Part shown: piece after piece, positions 12,422 to 25,142 of the stretch
Layout: the number at the start of each line of letters is the position of its first letter
Numbering within the stretch: position 1 is the stretch's first letter
Assembly: GCA_002189035.1 (NCBI GenBank)
Contig: CM007989.1
Span: 8,246,001 to 8,310,000 of the forward strand
Direction: 5' to 3'
Length of the DNA: 64,000 nucleotides
Origin: Utricularia gibba
Lineage: Eukaryota; Plantae; Magnoliophyta
Notes under the pieces: generated by a model
Databases searched by the model: none
What the model was told of the DNA's origin: nothing
The model's input: only the letters and a program-made list of their open reading frames with translations
Translations under genes and position numbers: made by a program

Positions 12422-14444
12422 AAAAAAAAATTAAAAGGATAAAATAAATAAAATCAGTCTGGGCCAAAGCCCACATACCAGTCTCTTGCTATTGAGCCGT
12501 ACCAGCTCAAAGCCTATATAGAAAAAAACGCTTTTTTTCTTCTTTTTTTTTTTGTCAAAAATTAACTTCTCCGACATGTTTTTCCAGAGAATGAACGTGT
12601 TCAAAGCCAAACTGGGAAGTCGTTCAACGGAAATGCCGCCATCAGAGTTTCTGGGGAATACCCACCTGCCAAGACACATTTTTTATTGCCAAAGAAATGT
12701 AAACGATTCCCCAACCTGGAGATACAAGTCAAGGATACTCCAATGTTCGTATGCTCTGTACAATCTGTATAAATCTTCTAGCCTTTTTATAGCTTTGATT
12801 TCTCGTACTACATTTCTAAAATCTCTTCTGCTTGTTTACACTTCCAGTTCTCTGGTTTCTGAAAAGGGCTCTTCTGGGACTCCAATCTGTATTAAGGGTG
12901 TTGGTGTTACTCTCTTGTTTGCGGGATTCTTAGTGGAAAGTCAGCCTTTTTCTTCTCCTTTCTTAATTATTTGAGAGCCCTTTTAATTTCTTCTACGTTT
13001 TCTTCTGTTATATCTGGGCTTAACTGCAAAAGCCTAGGAGCTCTTGAATTGTAGGAGTCCGGTGTTGGTGTTTTTTTGAAAAAGATGAAGCTTTGCTGTC
13101 ATTCACTAACCCAGTTTCTATTGTTCGAGAAGTTGAGTTTTCCTCGTGTTGTATTTCTCTTTGCACCGTTGAGATGCTCATACTGTTCAAAGGGATGATC
13201 AAACTTTGAGAATTAAAGGGTCAGAGCCCCATGTCTTTTGGTAGTATCTAGACAGAGGAACTTTAGAGACATCACCAGCAACTGAATTAGTGCAGGTGAA
13301 TCGAGAATGGTTGCTGATGGTTCAGTTTCTTGCTCCAATCCACTCTTTTTCAAATCTCCACTCTCCAGTTTCTGTGTACGTGACTCTGTCTTTTCACTTG
13401 ATTCTTCTCTTTGAAAAGCCCTTTGCTTATTGTTGCTGATTGGAATGACTTCTATGTGACTCAGCCGAAAATGGAATATGTTGGCGAGATCGGCTTCATT
13501 GGTGGAGCTCAAGGGAGCAGTTGTACTTCCAAGATGATCACTGGTGGCGATCCTTCCGGCGTCGCTCTCCTACCATCAGGATGCTATCGTGCCGGATTGT
13601 TTATCCAATTCAGCCGGGAAAGATGGCTCGTTACTGTCTTTAGGCTTCCACGTCTTGGTGAACAGCCTGCCGGCAGCCAAGCTTAAGATGGAGTCCGTGG
13701 AGACGGTTAGGTCCTTGATTGCTCGCCGTCTCCACGACATAAAAAACGGGATGGGACTTGCCGGAAACTGAAGCTCTCCGTTTGGCTTGGGATTTTAGTC
13801 AAGAACGAATCTTGAAGAAGAGTATTAAATTCGTTGTTGCTCGAGAAATGTGGTTCGGGTATCCACTCAAATAACCAACTGATCGGCCGGCGACCGTCGG
13901 AAGGGTAGTGGGACAAGTTTCAAGTATTTTTCATCCTTTGCCTTTGTTCGTAGATAGATGCTGATTCTTGGAGAGCACCATTTAGTTACTAATACCGAAG
14001 CCGATGCTTCCGATTTCCACTGTTACTCCTTTGCAGTTGGCCAGCAATTTCAATCGAGAAGCCGAGCTCCGAAGCTTCCTGCATTACCTACAAAGGTCTT
14101 CGGACAGTGAGAATCAGCATAGCCAGTGATTTTCCGGCGCCGGAGAAAATGATCGGAGATAACTTTCCGTGGGGCGTGATGCTCAACAATGACGGCGGAG
14201 GAGCATGACGTCGCCGTCTGCTCCCCAAGCAATCGAGGCTGTCAGAATCTTACACGTGTAGATTGATTCGGGCCAACAAATAATGATGCCTGGACCCAGA
14301 GGAAACGAATATGGGCTTAGGCCCAACAACGGGCCCATGAAACATACGGACGGACCCGACTCGCAGTAATAAGGTTTGAATTCGAGCATCTGAATTCCTA
14401 TTTCCATCCCTACGAAGAGTTCAGAGGAAATCCGAGTCTGCTGA

Positions 14445-15703
<1,259 letters not shown>

Positions 15704-16134
15704 ATTCCTCAGCACCCTGCACCTTTCACATCCATGATAGATTCATGGTGCCCCTTGTGATCTTGCGTGCGGGTGTTAGATCCTCGGTAGTTCCTAGATT
15801 ACAGTTAGCCTGAGACAGTGGATGCTATACTTCTTCCTAAGTTGTGTGTTCACTATTCTTCTTTGCAGACTTTAAGCCGCGTTGGCCTCCTTTTTTATCC
15901 CGAAATCTGCTCTTCACTGATGTACTTGAGAACCAATTGTTCTGAATCATGACATGAAATTAACTTATATCAGGCTTCTTGATGATTGTATCATCTTCCA
16001 TCAGCTCTCTAGCTCCAGAATGATACAGACTTATCTGATTGCAGCTCAACCGCTTGTTTATGACACTTTCTGCCAGTTTCACGGCCCCTCACGGCCATGG
16101 CAGCCACGTAATGAGGCTTCCCATAGGCCACAGG

Positions 16135-16234
16135 GCAATATCAGGTTCATTGTCCAGTCACAAGAACTCTGCCATTTCACTCGAACTGGATCCAATGGAG
16201 GGGATAAACGCAAAGTAGTTCATCATTCTCCTGC
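16135..16234 (-). ncRNA. Candidate box C/D snoRNA with possible 18S rRNA guide
   Basis: C box AUGAUGA (16226-16220), D box CUGA (16144-16141), 5/6-paired terminal stem. Internal CCCUCCAUUGGAUCC is complementary at 14/15 nt to the conserved 18S stretch GGAUCCAUUGGAGGG (recalled). D' box is not canonical. Confidence 0.4.
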
Positions 16235-16536
16235 ATACAAGCGTGAAGAGGCTATTGCTATAAAACGGTTACCGGAGGTCCGGTAGCGAGAAGGCATCTT
16301 CCGGTGGCAGCGATCTTCGTTTACAGGAAGAATGGGCCGAATGCCGTCGATCCGCCACGTCATCGATCCGCTTCTAGCCCATTGGATGGCTCTTATTGGT
16401 TGAGAATCTAAATATATAATGACGAAAATGGGGCTGACGGAAATTGCAATTATTAGGGCTGAGTTTCGGCCCGGGTCGAATCGTTGTTTTGGAGAAGGTG
16501 CGAACAGGTTTAGGGTTTTTGACGATTGCTCCTGGT

Positions 16537-18219
16537 ATGGTAAGCGACTGATTCCTCTCCGTCGATTTGCTGGTTTATTTGTGTGTCGGCTGCCTGTGGC
16601 TCAGGACGATAAAACTGAGAAAATTGTTCGCTTTTGCAGGTTGACTCACCTCGCAGAGGGTAACGCGTTCTTCTCTTGTTATCTGGGGCGTTTTCTTCGC
16701 TTTTCTCAGTTTTTTAATAGGTACTACTTCCAAATATTTTCGATCTATTCCTTGCGGGGAATGTTGTCGACGTTTTTGCACAAATTGTAGTATTATTACA
16801 TGGTTTGCGGGTAAAAGGTTTACATGGATTCTTTGGTCGGTTCCATGTAAGCTATCCGACGGTCGTGTTGGGGAGCTTTTGCGTTTGTGCAAGTTATTTG
16901 CTCGTAGTGGAATTACGTCTCCATTTCGTAACTTCCCAGTTTTCTGGACGCGCCAAAATTTTGTAGATAAAAGGATTATTGTCTTACTTTTACATGTAGA
17001 TCGGGACGGTCTGCTTCACCTGGTATGGAGCGTTCTAGATCTGGGTCACGGTCTCGTTTCAAATCCAGGTCACGTTCGAGATCCTGGTCAAGACCTAGGG
17101 AAAGGTCTAGGTCAAGATCTTTGTCCAGAGGCCGTGGCAGGTTTGCTTGTCACTCAGGCATCAAATCGCATCTTGGTTCATGTTTCCAATTTGTGATGTT
17201 TTTCCCCTGGACAGGGTTGATGCTGCCAATCCTGGAAATACTCTGTATGTAACTGGCCTGTCAACCAGGGTTTCCGAGAGGGATCTTGAAGATCACTTCT
17301 CTAAGGAGGGAAAGGTTGCTGCTTCTCTTATTTGCATGAATACGTTTCTAAGCCTTTGTGATGCACGCTGAATCGCTGTGTTTAATGTTTCTGATTGACA
17401 TTTACAGGTTAAGTCAGTTTTCTTGGTGGTGGAGCCTCGGTCGCGTACCTCCCGTGGTTTTGCTTTTGTAACTATGGACTCTGTTGAGGATGCAAATCGC
17501 TGTGTAAAGCACCTAAACCAATCAGTGCTGGAAGGGCGATATATTACCGTGGAGATGGTAAGCTACTATTCACGTCAAACTGGCGTCTAAACTTCTTTGG
17601 ATGCTTTTCTTTTTTTGTTGACGTGAAGGTTTTCTGGTTATATTCAGAAGATATTGCCTCAGCTATGTTGGCAGAAACCAATGCTGATCAGCTCACCAAT
17701 CGCAACAAGCTAAAACAGCTTTTCAATTGCATCTGATCAACTAAATAGCATCTATATTGCTCATCAACTTTACAACCTCAGCAAATACTCAACTCTCATT
17801 AATCAACGGTCTTTGTCAACATTGTAATCAGGCTTTTATGGTATCCCATACATGACATTGTTTTCTCTCTCATTTGTTCAGTCTAGACTGTAGGGTTCAT
17901 TGGGCAGCTTTTTCTATTGCCTATCTTTTCTCTTCCCTATTTGTGTGCATTGCTTGTGCTGCAGTTTTGCTCATGCATTGTTGAGTTATACATCATATTG
18001 CATCATTATATCACTGGAAGTGAGATTAGGGTGTTTTTAAATTTCTAGTCACGAAGAAAACGGGCAAGGACTCCAACTCCTGGTCATTATCTTGGCCTCA
18101 AAAGCAATGGTGAGTGTTTCTTCTCCCATACTCTGTGGTTCCCATAAGCACACTGTCCAAACTCAAACTCCTCAATGCTTTGATGAAAGGTGCTCGAGGC
18201 GGCGATCGTGGTGTTGGTG

Positions 18220-18251
<32 letters not shown>

Positions 18252-18452
18252 GGCGGTGGTGGTAGGTACTATGGAGGTTCAAGGCGTGAGGATTATGGTT
18301 ACCGAAGGTCTCCCAGGCGGTCACCATACAGAGGTGCTCGCGAGTACTCTCCTCGGTATTCACCTCCTGCAGGAAGGTCGAGAAGGGAGAGGTCCTTGTC
18401 ATACTCTCCACGCCGTAGCCTTGAAAGGGGCTATGGCCGTGGTTCAAGATGA
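16537..18452 (+). CDS. Transformer-2/SR45a-like RS-RRM-RS splicing factor
   Basis: ATG-only coding exon (16537-16539), 20-nt exon 16640-16659, RS exon from 17000, RRM (NPGNTLYVTGLSTRV, SRGFAFVTM, LEGRYITVE), RTPTPGHYLG, C-terminal RS/RSP region; stop 18450-18452. Confidence 0.9.
18216..18263 (+). repeat. (GGC/GGT)16 coding repeat giving poly-Gly
   Basis: Read directly in the last exon of the TRA2-like gene. Confidence 0.9.
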
Positions 18453-18791
18453 AGTGCTCCATCCCTCACCTTGCGATCAATGGCTATGCTATTGAAGCTT
18501 GTTAGTACCGAGTTTCAGGGATTGGTTCCCTGTCACCCATTATGTTTGGTTTATGCTTTGTGTTACAAGATGCTCTGCTTTTGCGCCATGGCGGCTGCAC
18601 CGTAGTTGACATTGTGTGGATTCAGGTCCCTGTTTCAGCGTGTTGCTAATTTTGCAAGTAGTCTCTTCACTTTTCACTGCGGCGCGTCAGTTTTAAACGA
18701 GTTTTCACAACCGCAATCCCACCTTTTCTGTACCGAATCTGAGCTCGACGCCTTCTCGTTTTCTGTAGCGCCGGCGCGGAGTATCGGAGCC

Positions 18792-21072
18792 ATGCCCGCG
18801 GCCGCTTGGACCTCCCCAATTACTACTGCGGCGGTGAAAACTTATCCAATCGTCTCTTACCCTCATACTTCCAGCTCTTTCGTAATTTGCGACCTCCAGT
18901 TTCCTGCGGTTCGTGGCGCTGCAGTTCGTCTCGCCCCTTCGAAGGTTTCGTATAATCCCCAAAACGCGGTTTCTCAAGTCCGGAACCGAGAGGAAGAGGA
19001 GGATGAGGATGAGGAATCCGTCATCGGGGACTGTGTCGTCTTCGACGAAGGTATATTCGATGGCTCCTTACCGCAAACCGGTGTCGCTCGTATCAGTAGC
19101 GGAGAAAAGAGTGTCTCGCCGGAGAATTTGATTCCGGATGAGTGGTCGGATGTGCAGAAGGAGATTAACATTACTAAGAAAGAGAGGCGAAGGCTTGCAA
19201 GGCAACTGGAGTATGGCAGAAGAGTGGAGAAGAGAAGGCAAGCCCTGATGCCGATAAATTCCACCGAGTACGAGAGTTTGAAGAATGAGAAACTCCGGCA
19301 GTTGAATCCGGTGGTGCTTGACAATCCAGAAACAGAGTATTTCAAAGAGAATGTGAATCAACTTGAACGTAATATTAACGAGGGTGCAGCAAGTAGAGTT
19401 ACGCCTAGAAATCCGAGGTTGGCTGTTTATGGAAAAGGGTTTGATGATATCTCAGCCCTTTTTCAAAGTGGGCAATACGTTCCTGGTTCTCCTGGCAATG
19501 CTCGAGGTATAAATTGCACATGCTGTGTTCAAAAGTTCTATACTTCGTATTTTGATGGATTACCGATTCTTATTTGCCTTGAACTTTTACCTCTAGATGA
19601 GTTTGGTTCTAAGCAGCAAATTTTAGTAGTGACTAGTGGGTACTACGGTTTGCTCCTCTACGAAAACTGGTATATAGTTATGTATCTCGGGGCATTACAG
19701 AGATACTGTCTTCTAAGTAGAGAGTGCCATATCTGAGATATCTCTCATTATTGAATCCTTTTATGGTCTGCTAGAGTGTGTGCTCTTCTTGGTTATTCAA
19801 ACCTATTAGGATGGTTGACGATATTGTTCCTTTGGCATGCATGATTGATGTTCTTCACAATAAGACTTTCTAAACCTTTGAACTATCTTCAGGTGGTACT
19901 CCTAAATTGTTCTCTAAAGAAGAAAAGATACTTGCGAATAAGCGTGTTCCAGACTTATCATTGGCTTCATCGGTTGGTGTCATTTTCTATATTGGACATA
20001 TAATGTGCTCCTCTTTTACACAATTCTAGTTCTAACGTTTCAGGGAAAGTGGCACCCTTTGCACTCTCTTGTTGCCTCCGGAGAGTTCTACCTCGCGACT
20101 TCCTTGCTAAAGCACGATGTCGATATTAATTCTACTGATCAGGTGGGCAGGATTTTCTGTCTTTTTATACATCGCTGGTTGTCAATGTTGGAAGTCTTGT
20201 TTAATGTTCATTGCATAGTGTAGCTGTGAGAGAAAGTAAACCTCCGTTGGTTCGATTTTTGTGTTCATGCTATTCTGCACTGAGTCTAATCTGTTCCACA
20301 CTATGAACAGGATGGATTGACAGCCCTTCACAAAGCAATACTTGGGAAAAAGCAGGCTATTTTTAATTTTCTCCTGAGAGAATCAGCCAATCCCTTCGTT
20401 CGTGATAGTGTAAGTTCAAAACTACAGTTATGTGGGAATTGATGTGGCTGAATTATTGTTTACTCTATCCATTACTTGCAATAAGCACAGTGTGATGTGA
20501 ACTGTTCTCCCTAAACCATGGGCATTGCTGTTGCCTCCTGTTGAACTTTTCTGTCTTCTGCATTGTATCATAGCAATGTGCAATGTAATTCAGACCTTTG
20601 TATCACCCTTCAATGACAGGATGGAGCTACCCTGATGCACTACGCAGTTCGCGTAGCTTCTAGTCCGATGATAAAAATCCTGCTGCTGTACAACGTAGAT
20701 ATAAATCTTCAAGACAATGTAAGCAAGCTGCTAGTTCCCTTATTATTCAAACTGCGAAGAGCATAGCATGCACACTTTACATGGCTTTGCTCATGTTTAC
20801 TTTCCCTTGTTCAAGGACGGGTGGACGCCGCTACACTTGGCTGTGCAATCTCTCCGGACAGATATAGTCAGGCTTCTCCTGATCAAGGGAGCTGATAAAA
20901 CGCTCAAGAACAAGGTAACATTTTTTACAAGGTTTCAACCTCTCCAGAATCCGTCGGGTCATCTTTTGATTTGCCTTAACAGGACGGATTGACACCGCTG
21001 GATCTATGCCTCTATTCTGGAAGGAATACAAGGACTTACGAGCTCATTAAGCTCCTGAAACGCCTCCCATGA
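18792..21072 (+). CDS. AKRP: Plastid ankyrin-repeat protein AKRP (EMB2036-like)
   Basis: Transit-peptide-like N-terminus, acidic patch followed by [12 protein letters not shown], then ankyrin exons ([52 protein letters not shown]); stop 21070-21072. Confidence 0.85.
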
Positions 21073-21566
21073 ACCAGTAAAATGCCCCCTGCTTATTGTT
21101 TCTGTAAAAATCTGTGTGCGGTATCCGTCGGCGAGTCTCCTACCGAATTCATTTGACTTTGAATTAAAAAATGTGGAGAAGCTTCATTTATTGAGAAGCC
21201 CTCCGTCCGGGCGGCGGGGGGCGGAAGCTTTGAATGCATGCTTGCCTGAGCCACTGCTAGACCATGAACCGGTCGCTGCTTTTTCCCATCTTTAGCGCAT
21301 CACAAGTTGTGAAAGGGAAAATATGTGATGTTTTATTATTTGATATATTTAAAAATTTATGAAATAGAACCATGCCTGTTGTCACTTGTCAGAGAGAGCC
21401 AGGGATAGTGTTGAGCTTTTTTACACAGACACCTCGGGACACTCTGAGAATAAATGCAGTGAAGGGGATACGCAGGACATCTATAGAGGAAGGACTCCTC
21501 GACCCTCCCGATCAACGAAGCTGGAAGGCGAAAAGCCTCGCGTATTTGGGTTTTGTTGATTTTTTC

Positions 21567-23086
21567 ATGGAGTTGCATCATACGCACCCATCTCATTCTT
21601 TAGCTCCTCGTCCCGAATCGATCCGGTCGTCCTCATCTCCATCGACGGCGGAGGCATATTCTTCGTCCGGGTCTTTTGTCATTCGGGTCAGAGAAGCCGT
21701 TCGATGTGCGGTTTCTGCTGTGCTTGGGAATGTTTTCTCCGCGATCTTGACTTTTGTGTTTGCTTTTGGTGAGCGCTGTGATCATTTCCCCTGAATTTGA
21801 ACACCGTTTGCGGGGTTTGAGTCTCATGTTTACTTCCTGATTAGGGTTGGTTGACCGGTGTCTTGATTTTTGCATGTGATTGTATAAAAAGATCTATGCG
21901 GCGGATTGGGGAATTGGGGGTGTAAAGTTATCCCAGTTCTGTTTTTTGTGTGGGATAAGGATGTGCTTCTGGATCCAGAGGGGCTGTGTTTTCTCTAGAA
22001 GCCCCTAGGATTTATTCTGACTAGATGCTCTCCGTATATGATGGTTAAGGACTTGTGTATTTGTGGATGTTTTTCATTTTGTCTCATTCGTTATCCCATG
22101 TGCAAAGACCCGAGTCAATGGTTTAAACACACCGTTGATATCGAGTTTATGTAGGGTGCTGCACTTGGACTGAATTTAGCATCTTGGTTATTTTTCTTTT
22201 TTTCCAGCATCCATTTGTGTTGCTCTGGAGATCCATATGTGATGCTAATGATGTTGTTGCTCTTGTATATGCAGTGGGCACCTTATTAGGGGCAGTGACT
22301 GGAGCACTGATTGGTCAGGAAACAGAGAGTGGATTCATTAGAGGTGCATCCGTGGGTGCTATATCTGGTGCTGTTTTCTCGATCGAAGTCTTCGAATACT
22401 CACTGCATCTCTGGCAGTCTGATGAGTCAAGGATACGTTGCCTCCTCTACCTGGTGACCACTCTTACTTTCTCAAGCTTCATCGGGCTCTTAGTTAATGT
22501 CTGCAGTTTCAGAAATGCAATACATTCGAATGAATGATCCGAGTTTTTCCTGCAGGTTGATGTTCTAGCAAGCCTCGTGAGTGGTCGCCTTGTCCGTGAA
22601 CGTATAGGCCCTGCGATGCTCAGTGCAGTGCAAAGCCAGGTATAAGTTTGCAAGCCACCTTTCCCTTCCCTCTCATCCTTACATTCTTCCCCTCTCTTTA
22701 ACTAGATGGGTGCTATCGAAACCCCCTTCGACGAAGTCCGCAACCTCTTCGATATCGGTGGGGCGAAGGGGTTGCTAGCAGACAGCGTGGAGAACATCCC
22801 CAAGTTCACCATCACAAAAGATTGCAGCTTTGACACCAAGGGAGACGAAGCCTGTTGCTCAGTTTGTTTACAGGTAGTTTCTCTCTGTCCTCTTCCATGG
22901 CGACTCCCTTAACCCCTTCTTAACCTTCTCATATGGCTCATCATCGTGCTCAATGATCAGGACTTCCTGGTCGGAGAAACCGTGCGGCGGCTACCGCATT
23001 GCCACCACATGTTCCATCTGAGCTGCATCGACGCCTGGCTGGTGAGGCATGGCTCTTGCCCTTTGTGCAGAAGCGGTCTGTGCTGA
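21567..23086 (+). CDS. NEP1-interacting-protein-like RING-H2 E3 ligase (NIP1/NIP2 family), 5 exons
   Basis: [51 protein letters not shown]2 CSVCLQDF...[27 protein letters not shown]. Confidence 0.9.
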
Positions 23087-24038
23087 TCCATCCACTCCAT
23101 GAAATCAGACCCCCCGGTTCGTTTCAGTTCCGTACTGGTACATACCTGTGACCTGGCCCTCACCCTATACCATATGAACCATCTGCACTGCACTGTACAG
23201 AAATTTTGACTCACGATCCGTACACGAATCCTCCACTCCCACTTGTCCTGACATTAGTTGGGTTGGGTTGACACCGAGTCGTACTCGGCGGCCCGGCCCA
23301 TTTGTTGACTTGGGCAAATGGGTTGACCTGGTTGAATTATTAATGGAGGAGTTGTTGATGCTGCCGTCTCCGGGCCCTCCTAAAAGATACGACGGCGTAG
23401 GTTTGTAGGGCCGCCCAATTATTATTAGGAAGCTGCATAGGCAGGTGGGGGCCACTAATCACCCAGCTAATTGCTTTTTAATCCCTAGGGTTGGGTAAGT
23501 AGTGCATAAATTTAATCTATGATAAATATCATATATCTTGGTAATAATTAATAATTAATCTTATGAATTAGATAATTAATTAGTTTTTTTTCAGTAAATA
23601 TTTTTTTATTTAAATATTCATTCATTATGAAATACAAATTTGTTGTGAATTAATTTCATCCTATCATGTTAAAATATAATTTTTTTAAAAAAACATATTT
23701 ATGTTTTTTAAATTATATATTTATTTTATTTATATTTAATAATATAAATAAATTTAAAACATCACATCAAATAATTCCAGAGGCCCAAACCCCTTTTGAA
23801 TTTTTTTATAAAACAGATAATTTTTGGATTTTTTTCTTGGGGGGTGGGAGGGGGGGGGGGGTGGTTAAACCGGGCGGTTCAGGTTAGTCAAACTTTCATT
23901 GGTTGAATCTAGAAGGCGTGAAATTGTCAATGGAATGCGTCTCTTCCACATAATGGGTTATTATAATATGCCTTCCTTGAAGCTCACCTCTTCCAAAATT
24001 CCACCATTTCCTCCTAACCTCTGCGCTTTGGCTGAGCC

Positions 24039-25040
24039 ATGGACAGGGAACAGGATGAGATCCAGTTTCTGGGGTTCTTTGGGATTATGAAGGAATCATG
24101 CAACTTGACCCTACGTTGGAGAAGGATTTTTGCTCAGATCTTCGTCTTCTTGATCATCCCTCTCTGCTTTGTTTACTTGTCCCACATCCAAGTGAGCAAC
24201 GTCCTGTTCACCAAGATCATGCGCAACGAGTACATGCTCGATGTTGCTCCTCAGGGGACCGAGTTCCGTACCACGATTTCCAGGATATTGGCTTCCGAAT
24301 GAACGGCCTTCATCTTGTTCAAGATCGCTTACTTTGTCTTCTTCATACTTCTGGCTCTTCTCTCCACTGCCGCGGTCGTGTACACCATCGCGTGTATTTA
24401 CACGGGCAAGGAGATATCTTTCAGGAACGTGATGAGTGTCGTCCCCAAGGTGTGGAAGAGGCTGATCATCACTTTCTTCGTCAATTTCATCCTCGTCTTC
24501 TCGTATCATATCGTGGGTATCGCGGTTTTGATCTTGGGAGTGGTCGTCTTCGGATCGATAAAGGTCCTCGCAACGATTTTCATCGTCGTGTTCTTGGTAG
24601 CATACTTGTTTGGGTTCCTGTACATCACCATCATCTGGCATCTAGCGGGCGTAGTCTCTGTGTTGGAAGATAGCTACGGGGTGAAGGCGCTGACCAAGAG
24701 CCAGAGCCTGATAAAGGGGAAGATGGGTATCGTTTCAGCTGTCTTCATGGTTCTAGGCCTCGGCTTCTTTGGAGTAGAGCAGATGTTCAAGTCCCTGGTG
24801 GTTTCCTTTGATGATCAGCCACTCTGGAGCCGAATCAGCATTGCAATCGTATGCTTGCTCCTGCTTTCCGTCGCGATGCTCTTCGGGCTCATCGGCCAAA
24901 CCATTGCGTACTTCGTCTGCAAATCGTTTCACCACGAGAACATCGACAAGTCCCTGTTGGCTGATCATCTCGGAGGTTATTTAGGAGAGTACGTTCCTCT
25001 CAAATCGAAGGATATTCAGTTGGAAAGATACGAACCATAA
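24039..25040 (+). pseudogene. Intronless plant multi-pass membrane protein of unknown function with in-frame TGA at 24300-24302
   Basis: ORFs 24039-24302 and 24315-25040 share a frame. Family motifs EIQFLG, LLSTAAVVYT, WHLAGVVSVLE, YFVCKSFHHENIDK, HLGGYLGEYVPLKS. The stop sits at the conserved E-W-T tryptophan (TGG>TGA). Confidence 0.75.
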
Positions 25041-25142
25041 GAGATGAACACTGTAATAAGCTGAGATTTCTGTTACCTTGTACCCCCCGTTTGTATTTTG
25101 TAACGTTTGTATTTTGTAACAGTACATGGTTCCAGTGTACAT

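Noticed and set aside
15954-16286. 110-aa plus-strand ORF downstream of CFIm25
   Set aside because: No homology recognised; it overlaps the better-supported snoRNA candidate on the other strand.
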